A stretch of 64,000 nt of DNA from Bryobacteraceae bacterium (GTDB lineage: Bacteria > Acidobacteriota > Terriglobia > Bryobacterales > Bryobacteraceae), in contig JANWVO010000038.1 in NCBI GenBank assembly GCA_025056865.1, forward strand, positions 175,587-239,586. The letters run 5' to 3'. Of the stretch, positions 45,001-54,811 are shown piece after piece (position 1 is the first letter of the stretch; every line of letters starts with the position of its first letter). A program made the translations under genes and the position numbers. Below the pieces are notes generated by a model. That model ran no database searches and had not been told where the DNA came from. It saw only the letters and a list, made by a program, of their open reading frames with translations.

Positions 45001-45734
45001 TGCAGTTGCTGGTGGAGCGCCGCATGACGCGCGGCATTCAGGCCAGCTTCATGTACACCTGGTGCTCGAGCTACTCCGCCGACTACTTCCTGAACGAGTT
45101 CGACCGCTTCCCCTCCGAGCGCATCAATGACAACACGCGGCCTCACCGCGTCGTGCTCACCGGCATCTGGCAGACCCCGTTCGGCAAGGGCCGCGCCTAC
45201 GTCAAGGAGGGCCTGCTGGCCCACCTCATCGGCAACTGGAACCTCTCCGGCGTCTACCAGTGGCAGATGGGCGAAGCCACTGACTGGGGCAACCGCTTCT
45301 TCTACGGCAGCCTCGACAAGAAGACGCTGGAGCGCCTGTTCAACCACCACGAGGTCCGCAAGAAGGACTACCTCCAGTGGTTCGACGGCTCCATTGTCTG
45401 GCGCGGCACCGGCGCGCCGCCGGCCGACTTCGTCGGCTTCGACGGCCGCACCGCCAACCAGCCCGGCTCCTACCATGTCCGCATGTTCCCGGTCCGCCTG
45501 GACGCCATCCGCGAGGACGGCATCATGAACCTCGACCTCAAGATCGAGCGCGTCTTCCCGATCGTGCCCGACCGCGGCATCCAGACCCGTTTCTCGGTGG
45601 ATCTGCTGAACGCCACCAACCACACCAACTTCGCCGGGCCCAACGTCGACCCCACCAGCGCCGCCTTCGGCCGCGTCACCTCGCAGCGCGGCCTGTCGCG
45701 CGTCATCCAGTTCAACCTCCGCGTGGATTTCTGA
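42024..45734 (+). CDS. TonB-dependent outer-membrane receptor with N-terminal carboxypeptidase-regulatory-like domain (paralog of 20983..24789)
   Basis: 1236 aa with a signal peptide. ITGRVTDPQGAVVPNAHVTITNTQTN...YYEVNFLEPSTYAI is CarboxypepD_reg. A plug follows, then a long barrel ending ...FNLRVDF. Confidence 0.9.
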   Translation: MLKSLVAGLGLAVLVSALLPAQESRGAITGRVTDPQGAVVPNAHVTITNTQTNETRRTVTNETGYYEVNFLEPSTYAIAVEAPGFKRLVRSGVTVNVSARLEINLSLEIGAVAETVQVTAEAPLLETTTASGGRVLDQQQLINLPFSDLNPFALSALAPGMQWTGQPEYRRPFDNGGTSAFNTMGGVGQNEYTIDGMTVVGSGRRVGFVPPADSITEFKLETANFDASQGFTSGASINVSSKSGTNTLHGSVFLQHWQQRWNATPFFQREAYDAQVRAGLIDPKKTPKQASGRSHNYGLSASGPVWIPKLINGRDKLFWSFTWNGIRQSKAETTSSTDITVPTPEMRQGDFSYFLTVPNGARLYTIYDPRSARLDGNTVVRTPFPGNRGVPVLNPTYNYYVKLFPNPNNVPGKVTPEMFNNYYASAMPKDEKFNSIVNRYDWVINQDMRFNFRWQWNDRLADEYDWTYETARGLHSNGLTRINKGGNVNFLWTLDANNILDLNFGISRWEEGARNQTRTRIKAADVGLPAYIDQRADRFTQLPRLDFNNITDVGASYPVIGTLLTNGELRASMTSIRGSHTLKYGWQERRHYFASLGPGSSTGYFTFRNPWTRASNVDNQASNHVHDWASFMMGMPSGVSIDFNDTFYFRTPRRALYIQDDWRVTSKFRLSLGLRYEREGGSDEKWNRGIVWALLDQKSPITDLVEAAYAANPIPEVPASQFRASGISVYLGEQGYKTANKGTHVFLPKFGAVYSINNRNVIRGGWGMYQDTLNVSNDRPSVTGFSQPTSTPISNDAGLTFCCGIDAAAGIAQGRTVMNDPFPVRPAAGNTRFDDPFGRALDGVALYNGTITAGPWNFKPALQHRWRISYQRELAGNLMFDISYNGAYSYIPVARRVNALPEQYWTKGMVRDQNNDNYLNGNVSNPFRLANLAPLQQSNPTLYRFLSGQGFYTSTVIARHRLLRPYPQYGTVNAYGNPGSSDVRNGYVTYHDMQLLVERRMTRGIQASFMYTWCSSYSADYFLNEFDRFPSERINDNTRPHRVVLTGIWQTPFGKGRAYVKEGLLAHLIGNWNLSGVYQWQMGEATDWGNRFFYGSLDKKTLERLFNHHEVRKKDYLQWFDGSIVWRGTGAPPADFVGFDGRTANQPGSYHVRMFPVRLDAIREDGIMNLDLKIERVFPIVPDRGIQTRFSVDLLNATNHTNFAGPNVDPTSAAFGRVTSQRGLSRVIQFNLRVDF

Positions 45735-45760
45735 GGCCTCCTTTCACCCTTCCACGCCTC

Positions 45761-45802
45761 GCGGCCCGGAGCGCCCCGCGGCGCTCCGGGCCGCTTCGTT
45801 TT
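45761..45802 (+). terminator. Intrinsic terminator after the TonB-dependent receptor gene
   Basis: Perfect 15-bp GC-rich stem: 45761-45775 (GCGGCCCGGAGCGCC) pairs with 45780-45794 (GGCGCTCCGGGCCGC) around a 4-nt loop. TTCGTTTT follows. Confidence 0.7.
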
Positions 45803-45813
45803 ACACTGGCCGC

Positions 45814-47505
45814 ATGGCACGCCTGCTGCTTCCCCTCCTTCTGTCCGGCGCGCTCGCGGTCCAGGCGCAGAACCTCACCGCCGAGCAGCGCGCCGCGGAC
45901 CTGAGGATGCTCGCCGCTCTCTACGCCAAGCAGTACGGGCCCTATGAATGGAAGCGGGATGTGATCGGCTTCGACCTCTACGACCTTCGCCCGTGGCTGG
46001 AGCGCGCTTCCACGATGAGCGACGACATCGAATTCCTCGACCTGCTCGTCGAATACGTCGCCGCGCTCGACGACGCCCACGATGTCGTCAGCTTCCCGTT
46101 CACGTTCTCGGCCTCGCTGCCCTTCACCGCAGACCTGTACGACGGCCGCGCGCTCATCGACTCGGTGACCCGTTCCGCGCTGCCTGTCACCGAATACCCC
46201 ATCCAGATCGGCGACGAGCTGGTGAGCGTCGACGGCGTCTCCGTGCAGGAATGGATCCGGATCCTGTGGAAGTATTCGATCGCCGCCAACCCGCGCTCCA
46301 CCGCGCGCAACGCGGTGGCCCGCATCACCAGCCGCTCGCAGTCGCGCATTCCGTGGGCCTTCCGGATCGGGGACACGGCGGAGGTGGTCATCCGGCACCA
46401 GAATGGCGAGCTGCGGACCTACCGGATCGCATGGAGCAAGTCCGGCATGCCCGTCACTGAAGCCGGCCGCCTTCCCTCGCCGTTCGAGCGCGCTTCGCGC
46501 GCCGGCCGGGCCGCGTCCATTCTCGACTATGAAGACAGCCTCGCTCCGTGGCAGCGGCCGCTGGCCGAGCTGCTCGAGGCGCGCATCGACGAAACCAGCA
46601 TGGCCGTGCTCAATCCCGGGCTGCGGCCCATTTTCGCCCTTCCGCAGGGATTCCAGACGAGGCTTGCGGGCAACGCCGCCACCGACAGCTTCACCAGCGG
46701 CTGGTGGTCCGCCGGCGGCCTCCGCATCGGCTTCCTCCGCATCCCCAACATGAGCCCTGCGCTCGGCACCACCGCCGCGCTCCAGCAGTTCGACCGCGAA
46801 ATCGAATGGATGGAGCAGAACACCGACGGCCTGGTCATCGATATCATGCGCAACCCCGGCGGCAGCGTCCTCTATGTGGAGAACCTCTGCCAGCGGCTCA
46901 TTCCGTATGTGTTCCGCTCCATCGGGTTCGAACTGCGCCCGACGGCGGCCGAAGTGGCCAGCTTCGGCGCCACGCTGGAAGCGGCTCGCCGCTCGAATCT
47001 GCCCGAGCCGGTCATCGCCGGCTACGAGGGCCGTTACCGCGACGTGCTGGCCGCCTACCGCGAGAACCGCGGCCGCACCGGCCCCATCTCCCTTACCCAG
47101 CCCTCGCTGTGGCTCGAGCCAGCGCGCACCGTGTACACGAAGCCGATCGTCGTGCTCATCGATGAGTTTTCCGCCTCCGGCGGCGACGCCTTCGCCGCCA
47201 CGCTCCAGGACAACGGGCGCGCGCTGCTGGTCGGCATGCGCACCATGGGCGCCGGCGGCAACGTCGTGGACCGCAACGGCACCTGGTATGCGGAGGCCTC
47301 CACGCGCGTCACGCGCTCGCTGATGAGCCGCCGCTACGACGTCTCTACGCCCGAGTTCCCGCCCACGCCGTACATCGAGAACGTGGGCGTCCGGCCGGAC
47401 GTCGAGCTTGACTACATGACCCGCGACAACCTGCTCCAGAACGGAAGGCCGTTCGTCGAAGCCTTCACGGCCATCGCCGTGGACCACATCCGGCGCAACC
47501 GGTGA
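45814..47505 (+). CDS. S41-family (tail-specific/C-terminal processing-like) serine peptidase, secreted
   Basis: 563 aa with a signal peptide. LVIDIMRNPGGSV and VLIDEFSASGGDAFA (catalytic Ser region) are typical Peptidase_S41 blocks. Confidence 0.85.
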   Translation: MARLLLPLLLSGALAVQAQNLTAEQRAADLRMLAALYAKQYGPYEWKRDVIGFDLYDLRPWLERASTMSDDIEFLDLLVEYVAALDDAHDVVSFPFTFSASLPFTADLYDGRALIDSVTRSALPVTEYPIQIGDELVSVDGVSVQEWIRILWKYSIAANPRSTARNAVARITSRSQSRIPWAFRIGDTAEVVIRHQNGELRTYRIAWSKSGMPVTEAGRLPSPFERASRAGRAASILDYEDSLAPWQRPLAELLEARIDETSMAVLNPGLRPIFALPQGFQTRLAGNAATDSFTSGWWSAGGLRIGFLRIPNMSPALGTTAALQQFDREIEWMEQNTDGLVIDIMRNPGGSVLYVENLCQRLIPYVFRSIGFELRPTAAEVASFGATLEAARRSNLPEPVIAGYEGRYRDVLAAYRENRGRTGPISLTQPSLWLEPARTVYTKPIVVLIDEFSASGGDAFAATLQDNGRALLVGMRTMGAGGNVVDRNGTWYAEASTRVTRSLMSRRYDVSTPEFPPTPYIENVGVRPDVELDYMTRDNLLQNGRPFVEAFTAIAVDHIRRNR

Positions 47506-47521
47506 GCGCGCCGCCCGTGCT

Positions 47522-48274
47522 TCAGCCGGGCAACTGGAAGTTGTCGCCCAGATAAACGCGCCTCACGTCGGGATCCAGCGCCAGCGCGACGGGCGTGCCC
47601 GCGCGGAAGATGCGTCCCTGGTTGATGATGTAGGCGCGGTCGGTGACCGACAGCGTCTCGCGCACGTTGTGGTCCGTGATCAGGATGCCGATGCCGCGCC
47701 CGCGCAGGTCGGCGATGATCTTTTGCAGCTCCAGCACCTGGATGGGATCAATGCCGGAGAACGGCTCGTCCAGAAGCAGGAACTGCGGGTCGATGGCGAG
47801 CGCGCGGGCGATCTCCACGCGGCGCCGCTCCCCGCCCGAAAGCGCATAGCCGCGGTTCTTGCGCACCGGCTCCAGCCCCATCTGCTCGATCAGCTCCTCC
47901 AGCCGCCGCCGGCGCTCCTCGGGGCGGATGGGCAGCGTCTCGAGAATCGCCATCAGGTTGTCTTCCACGCTCAGCTTGCGGAAGACGCTCGGCTCCTGCG
48001 GCAGATAGCTGATGCCGGCGCGGGCGCGCTCGTACATCGCCAGATCCGTGATGTCGCGGTCGTCGAGGAAAATGTGCCCGGAATCCGGAGAAACCATGCC
48101 GACGATCATGTAGAACGTCGTCGTCTTGCCCGCGCCGTTCGGTCCCAGCAGGCCCACCACTTCGCCGGTGGAGACGCTGACGCTGACGTTGTCCACCACG
48201 CGCCTCTTGCGGTAGGTCTTGCTCACCTCTTCCGTGCGCAGGATGCGCCGGCCGTTGCCCGGAATCGCGCTCAC
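47522..48274 (-). CDS. lptB: LPS export ABC transporter ATP-binding protein
   Basis: 250 aa, GTG start. It has Walker A ([11 protein letters not shown]), [17 protein letters not shown], the signature [15 protein letters not shown], Walker B (LLLDEP) and the H-loop (ITDHN). Confidence 0.93.
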   Translation of the reverse strand: MSAIPGNGRRILRTEEVSKTYRKRRVVDNVSVSVSTGEVVGLLGPNGAGKTTTFYMIVGMVSPDSGHIFLDDRDITDLAMYERARAGISYLPQEPSVFRKLSVEDNLMAILETLPIRPEERRRRLEELIEQMGLEPVRKNRGYALSGGERRRVEIARALAIDPQFLLLDEPFSGIDPIQVLELQKIIADLRGRGIGILITDHNVRETLSVTDRAYIINQGRIFRAGTPVALALDPDVRRVYLGDNFQLPG

Positions 48275-48317
48275 CGTCTCCCATTATGCGGCGCGGCCGC
48301 GCCCGGCCGCCGCAGCC

Positions 48318-50588
48318 TCAGTCGCTGCCCTTCTGCTTCACCCGGCTCACCGCCGGGCCCGCGCCCTCGTTGTCGACGGTCATCCGGTCCTGCCGGCCGA
48401 ACCAGGTGATCACCGCGCCGCGCGTCACGCCGCGCTGCTCGTCTTCCACGCTCGGATTGCCGCCGCGCAGCACCATGCGCTCCTCGGCCAGGAAATACTC
48501 GGCATGCTCGCCGCGGCCCGTCCGGCGGCGGCCCCGCGCCCACTCGCGGATGACTACCGCCCCGTCGGCCTCCAGCCGCTCCAGCCGGGTCTCGGCGCGG
48601 CCGTTGGCTTCCTGCTCGGAGAAGAACGCGCGCAACTGCCGGGACTCCACCGTCATCGCCGGCCGCTCCAGCACCACGCCGCCGGCAAACAGCGCCTGCT
48701 TCGCGCGGCCGTCATAGACGAGCGAGGGCGCGCGCACCACGCTCATTCGCGCCGCCGCCCTGCCCTGCGCGCCGCCCCGTTCGTCCGGGATCTCGGCCAC
48801 CACGCTGCCCTCGGCCTCCAGCCGCTCCTGTTCGCGGTCGATCCGCACCCTCTGCCCGCGCAGCCGCATGTCCCCCTGCCAGAGCACGGCGTCGCCTTCA
48901 AACAGAATCCTGCGGTTCTGTTCCCGCGCCGTCATCCGCTGCGCGGTGGCCCGCAGCGGCTCCGACCGCCGCACCAGCCCGCCCCCGCCCTCCTCCTGCG
49001 GCCGCATCACCGACGCCACGCCGCCTTCGGCCACGGTCACGTCCTCCTTCTGGTCGATCCGGATGCGGGGAGCCGATGTCATTCCGGTTTCGTCCCAGAC
49101 GCGCGCGCGGCCCGCCAGTTCGATGCGGTCCGTGCGGGCGTCCAGCCGCGCCTCGTCGGCCGCGGCGCGGCGCGCCTGCTCCTGATACTCGAAGCCGCCC
49201 CACTGCCGCAGCCAGTCCAGCTCGCCGGTGGCCGGGTCAAAGCGCGCTTCCAGGTCGTCGCTGCGCGTGCGCGTCTCCACCGGCTTCGCCTCCTTTTTCG
49301 GAGCGGCGGGCGCGCGGATCGTCAGCGTCTCCGCCTTCGTCGCCCGGAAGGACTCGAGCTGATTTTCCCCCGCATAGCCGAACGTGAACCGCTCCCCCGT
49401 CACCGCGCGGAACGGCTGGCCCGGCGCAGAGGGCCGGAATTCGATCCGGCCCGGGGCCTCCGTCCACACGCGCTCCAGCTCCTCGCCGCCCGCGCGCATT
49501 GCCAGGTGAATCACTTCGCTCGCGAGCGCGCGCGCCGGCTGCGGCGGACGCCCGGGGCGCGCCGCCGGGCGGCTTTCCACGCTCCCCTGCCCCATGGCCA
49601 GCGCGTGGCGCAGCTCGGCTCCCTGCCTGCCCTGCTCGAATTCAAGATCCACGCGGTCGGCGGCCACCTCCATCACGCCCGGCGCGGATGTCGAAACAAT
49701 TTTCGCCCTGCGCGTCGCCTCGATCCTGCTCACCTCCGCCTCCGGCGTGAACCGTACCATCAGCTCGCCGGAGGCGAACTCGAGCCGCCGCCCCGGCATC
49801 CGGTCGGAACCGGACGCCTGCGTCGTCTGCGCATGCTGGAGACGGCCCCCCTCGTCGAGCTTGACGAACGCATCCTGCCCGCGCAGCTCGAATCCGCCAC
49901 GGCGCAGCTCGGAGGGCGCCATCAGAATGACGTCCGCCGTGGCTTCCCTGTAAATGAGCTTGCTGGCGCGGACCTCCAGAGGCGGCCTGCGTCCGTCGGC
50001 GGACGCCCAGCGGAGCTCGGCCTGCGACTCCATCACGATCTCCCGCGCATTCGGATCGTAGGACGCGCCCACGCAGCGGCCGCTGGCCGCGCCGAATGCA
50101 AACTCGGCCGGCTCGGCCGTCCAGGCCCGGTTGGTCTGCGTGTCCAGCGAGACCGCGCGCGTGCGGATCTTCATCACGCGCTCTGGCGGTTCCGCCGGCG
50201 GCCGCCGCAGCCCCAGCGTGATCTCCACCTCGCCTTCCGCCGTCAGCGCGCCCTCGGTCTGCCGGAAGGTGCCCCGCGGGCTGCGCACCAGGTCGTAGCG
50301 CGGCCCGTCCAGTTGGCGGATTTCGATTTCCAGATTCTCCAGGTGAATGACCGGCGGATCCTTCACCTGCTCGAAGTGGCTGGCGCGGACGAGAATCCGG
50401 GACTGTCCTCCGGACTTGATCTCGTACTCCCACTGCGAGGCGACCGCAGCCGTGTTCTGCGGCAGAGGGGCGGGCAACACGGGCCGCTCGGCCAGCCGCA
50501 AGGCGCGCCCGTGCCAGTACACCCAGCCCACCACAGCCGCCACCGCTGCCGTGGCTGCCAGCAACAGCCAGCGAACCCGACGCAGCAT
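48318..50588 (-). CDS. Membrane-anchored LptC-like / multi-OstA(LptA)-domain protein
   Basis: 756 aa with an N-terminal TM anchor (WLLLAATAAVAAVVGWVYW). An LptC-like segment is followed by several LptA/OstA-like beta-jellyroll segments (e.g. RILFEGDAVLWQGDMRLRGQRVRIDRE...LEAEGSV; HAEYFLAEERMVLRGG). It lies directly upstream of lptB. Confidence 0.65.
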   Translation of the reverse strand: MLRRVRWLLLAATAAVAAVVGWVYWHGRALRLAERPVLPAPLPQNTAAVASQWEYEIKSGGQSRILVRASHFEQVKDPPVIHLENLEIEIRQLDGPRYDLVRSPRGTFRQTEGALTAEGEVEITLGLRRPPAEPPERVMKIRTRAVSLDTQTNRAWTAEPAEFAFGAASGRCVGASYDPNAREIVMESQAELRWASADGRRPPLEVRASKLIYREATADVILMAPSELRRGGFELRGQDAFVKLDEGGRLQHAQTTQASGSDRMPGRRLEFASGELMVRFTPEAEVSRIEATRRAKIVSTSAPGVMEVAADRVDLEFEQGRQGAELRHALAMGQGSVESRPAARPGRPPQPARALASEVIHLAMRAGGEELERVWTEAPGRIEFRPSAPGQPFRAVTGERFTFGYAGENQLESFRATKAETLTIRAPAAPKKEAKPVETRTRSDDLEARFDPATGELDWLRQWGGFEYQEQARRAAADEARLDARTDRIELAGRARVWDETGMTSAPRIRIDQKEDVTVAEGGVASVMRPQEEGGGGLVRRSEPLRATAQRMTAREQNRRILFEGDAVLWQGDMRLRGQRVRIDREQERLEAEGSVVAEIPDERGGAQGRAAARMSVVRAPSLVYDGRAKQALFAGGVVLERPAMTVESRQLRAFFSEQEANGRAETRLERLEADGAVVIREWARGRRRTGRGEHAEYFLAEERMVLRGGNPSVEDEQRGVTRGAVITWFGRQDRMTVDNEGAGPAVSRVKQKGSD

Positions 50589-50774
50589 ACCGCCAGAATA
50601 GCACCCGGATTTGCGGAGGGCCCCGGGACAGAAGATCGATGCGGAGGCGCAGCATTGAGTGAGTAAGACTCAACTTATCTCATAGGAGCGGCGGAGAGAG
50701 GCGGGATTGGCAGAGCTTGGGATTCCGGTCAAGTTTACTAAGTTGTTTCTAAATCAATCAGATGCAGACAGGTC

Positions 50775-50804
50775 TTGTCACTCCTCTGCCGAGTGTGCTA
50801 ATAA
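50775..50804 (+). promoter_or_regulatory. CIRCE-like inverted repeat overlapping a candidate sigma-70 promoter upstream of groES
   Basis: TTGTCACTC-N9-GTGTGCTAA spans 50775-50801. The CIRCE consensus is TTAGCACTC-N9-GAGTGCTAA, so there are 3 mismatches. TTGTCA could serve as the -35 and TAATAA (50799-50804) as the -10. The site sits in an AT-rich island about 95 nt upstream of groES. Confidence 0.4.
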
Positions 50805-50896
50805 TAGCGGGTGGTGCGAGGAACCGCCGAGGTTCCGCCGCGAGATTCACGCGCCGCAAGCGAGAATCCACACCAGCATGGAGGTAAAGCGAAACG

Positions 50897-51187
50897 ATGC
50901 AGATTCGTCCGCTCTATGACCGGCTTGTCGTGCGCCGGATCGAGCCGCAGGAGACGGTGCAGAACGGCATCATCATTCCCGACACCGCAAAGGAGAAGCC
51001 GCAGGAGGGCGAAGTGGTGGCGGCAGGCCGCGGCAAGCGGCTGGAGGACGGCACCGTGGTGCCGCTCGATGTGAAGGTGGGCGACCGGATCCTGTTCGGC
51101 AAGTATGCCGGCAGCGACATCAAGATTGACGGGCAGGAGTATCTGATCCTGCGCGAGGACGAAGTCCTGGGCGTGATCGAGAAGTAA
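50897..51187 (+). CDS. groES: Co-chaperonin GroES
   Basis: 96 aa: [19 protein letters not shown]...[21 protein letters not shown]. Confidence 0.97.
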   Translation: MQIRPLYDRLVVRRIEPQETVQNGIIIPDTAKEKPQEGEVVAAGRGKRLEDGTVVPLDVKVGDRILFGKYAGSDIKIDGQEYLILREDEVLGVIEK

Positions 51188-51200
51188 CAAGTTCCAGTAG

Positions 51201-52844
<1,644 letters not shown>

Positions 52845-52877
52845 TCCCCGTCTCCGGGACGACTGTCCACCACCTCC

Positions 52878-52924
52878 GGCCCGCGGCTCGGCCCTCGCGG
52901 CGGGGCCGCGGGTTTTTTTCTTTT
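52878..52924 (+). terminator. Intrinsic terminator after groEL
   Basis: A GC-rich hairpin (GGCCCGCGGC ... GCCGCGGG, 52878-52912) is followed by TTTTTTTCTTTT (52913-52924). Confidence 0.8.
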
Positions 52925-52943
52925 CCGCCCGCCGCCGGCGCCC

Positions 52944-54035
52944 CTACTTCGGAAACGCTGCGGCGTCCAGCCCCGGAATCAGGCGCAGCGCGTTCCGGTA
53001 ATACAGCTTCTTCAGCACCTCATCCGGCAGTTCCAGCCCGTACATCGCCCAGAAGGCGTGCCGCCGCCGGTAATAGGGGAAATACTCGTCGGCGGTCTCG
53101 AGCACGCGGAAATATGTGTGGTATTCGGCCGGGTTCCAGGTGTCCTTGCCGAAGACCACGCGATCCTGATACCGGAGGAACCACGCCCGCGCAAACCGCG
53201 GCTGACGGCCCAGCTCGGCCAGCACCGCGCCGATCTCCGTGTAAACGTTCGGGCACTCGTCGAGCAGCTTCCCCAGCCGCGCCAGATCGCCTCCCAGCCA
53301 GCCGAGGTGCGCGTTGATGAAGACGGTCTTCGGGTGGCGGCGGAACAGGTTGTGCTGCTCTTCGATGAGCTGCTCCCAGGGCGGGTCCTTCGCTGGGTCG
53401 CGGCGGCGCCCCGGCACTTCCATCAGCTCCAGCCAGCGCTCATTGAACCGGTCCACCGGCTCCCAGAACTGCCGCGGGTCGGCGGTGTGGATGAAGACCG
53501 GCGTCTTCAGCCGCGCGCAGGCCTCCCACAGGGGATCGAATCGCGGATCGTCGACGCGGATCCGGCGTCCCTGTCCGTCGCGCAGCGTCAGTCCGAGATC
53601 CTTCCAGACCTTCAGCCCCCGGGCGCCCAGCTTCACGTCCTGCTCGAACTGCGCGGCTGCCCGCCTCCCGTAGTCCGGATCATCGAGGTTCGAATAGTCC
53701 GGGCTCGCGAAGAAAAAGAACCGCCCCGGCGCCAGCTTCTGCGCGCTCTCCACTGCCTGCCGCAGCCGCTCCCCGTTGCCTCCGCGCACAAAGAGGCTGC
53801 CCATGATGCGCAGGTTCAGCGCGTCCATGTCGGCCAGCATCTGCCGTGCCTGCTCGGCCGGCATCGGAAACCGCGGATGGTTGTGCACGTCGATGAACGG
53901 ATATTTCGCCCGCGTGCGCGGGTTCTGGGGCACAACCAGCGAGGACCGCGGCTCGTACTCGCGCACGTCCAGCCCGCCCTGCGGCGGCTGCGCCGGAAGG
54001 AGAAGCACGCCCAGCGGCACGATCAGCCCGCGCAT
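52944..54035 (-). CDS. Amidohydrolase-family (TIM-barrel metal-dependent hydrolase, Amidohydro_2-like) protein, secreted
   Basis: ORF 52944..54104, from the ATG at 54035 (MRGLIVPLGVLLLPAQP). It has the FIDVHNHP metal-binding HxH motif, plus VFIHTADP and INAHLGW. Confidence 0.78.
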   Translation of the reverse strand: MRGLIVPLGVLLLPAQPPQGGLDVREYEPRSSLVVPQNPRTRAKYPFIDVHNHPRFPMPAEQARQMLADMDALNLRIMGSLFVRGGNGERLRQAVESAQKLAPGRFFFFASPDYSNLDDPDYGRRAAAQFEQDVKLGARGLKVWKDLGLTLRDGQGRRIRVDDPRFDPLWEACARLKTPVFIHTADPRQFWEPVDRFNERWLELMEVPGRRRDPAKDPPWEQLIEEQHNLFRRHPKTVFINAHLGWLGGDLARLGKLLDECPNVYTEIGAVLAELGRQPRFARAWFLRYQDRVVFGKDTWNPAEYHTYFRVLETADEYFPYYRRRHAFWAMYGLELPDEVLKKLYYRNALRLIPGLDAAAFPK

Positions 54036-54063
54036 ATTCCCCGAGTATACCGGTGCGGGCCGT

Positions 54064-54792
54064 CTAGGCGTGCCCCTGCTCGAGCAGCGCCCGCACCGCG
54101 GCATGCAGCCGCGCCGTCAGCTCCGTGCGGTCCTGCGGCTTGCAGCCTTCGGTCGGGATCGGATCGCCAATGCGCAGCGTGACGCGCCCGGGCCGCAGAT
54201 GGTGCGAGTGCATTGGCAGGATGTCGCGCACGCCGATCAGCGCCACCGGCACCAGCGGCGCCTGCGCCTTGATGGCCAGATACGCGGCGCCGTCCTTGAA
54301 TTCGCGCAGCGCGCCCGACTCCGACCGTCCGCCTTCGGGAAACACCAGCATGGACACGCCGTTTTCGTGCATCGCCTTGCCGGCGGCGCTCAGCACGCGC
54401 AGCGCCGCGCGCGGATCGTCCAGCGGAACGCTGATGTTGCCCGCCCGCTTCAGGTGGCCCCCAATAAAAGGAATCTTCAGCAGCTCCTCCTTGGCCATGA
54501 AGCGGAAGTTCACCGGGATGTAGGTGAGCAGCACCGGCGTGTCCATGTAGCTCACATGGTTCGGGCACAGAACGTAGGTGCCGCGCGGATCGATCTTGTC
54601 CAGCCCGACCACGGTCACGCGCGCGCCCGCGGCCCACAGCAGCGTCCGCGCCCACACCCGCGCGATCGCGAGCTGCTGCCGCCCGGAGCGGTCCCAGAGG
54701 GAGGCGATCATGCTGAGCGTGCCGAAGAAGGCGGTGGAGAGGATGACCAGCGGGGCGCGGACCAGCAGCGAGAACCAGTAGCTCGAAGTCAT
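54064..54792 (-). CDS. plsC: 1-acyl-sn-glycerol-3-phosphate acyltransferase
   Basis: 242 aa with an N-terminal TM segment, the NHVSYMD (NHxxxxD) catalytic motif and the FPEGGRS motif. Confidence 0.85.
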   Translation of the reverse strand: MTSSYWFSLLVRAPLVILSTAFFGTLSMIASLWDRSGRQQLAIARVWARTLLWAAGARVTVVGLDKIDPRGTYVLCPNHVSYMDTPVLLTYIPVNFRFMAKEELLKIPFIGGHLKRAGNISVPLDDPRAALRVLSAAGKAMHENGVSMLVFPEGGRSESGALREFKDGAAYLAIKAQAPLVPVALIGVRDILPMHSHHLRPGRVTLRIGDPIPTEGCKPQDRTELTARLHAAVRALLEQGHA

Positions 54793-54811
54793 CGCGGCGC
54801 GAAACTCCTGA

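Noticed and set aside
41793-45623. 1276-aa ORF on the minus strand
   Set aside because: It lies entirely antisense to the TonB-dependent receptor gene. The composition is Ala/Gly/Arg/Val-rich and low in complexity, with no recognisable motifs. This is the classic stop-codon-poor shadow frame of GC-rich DNA.
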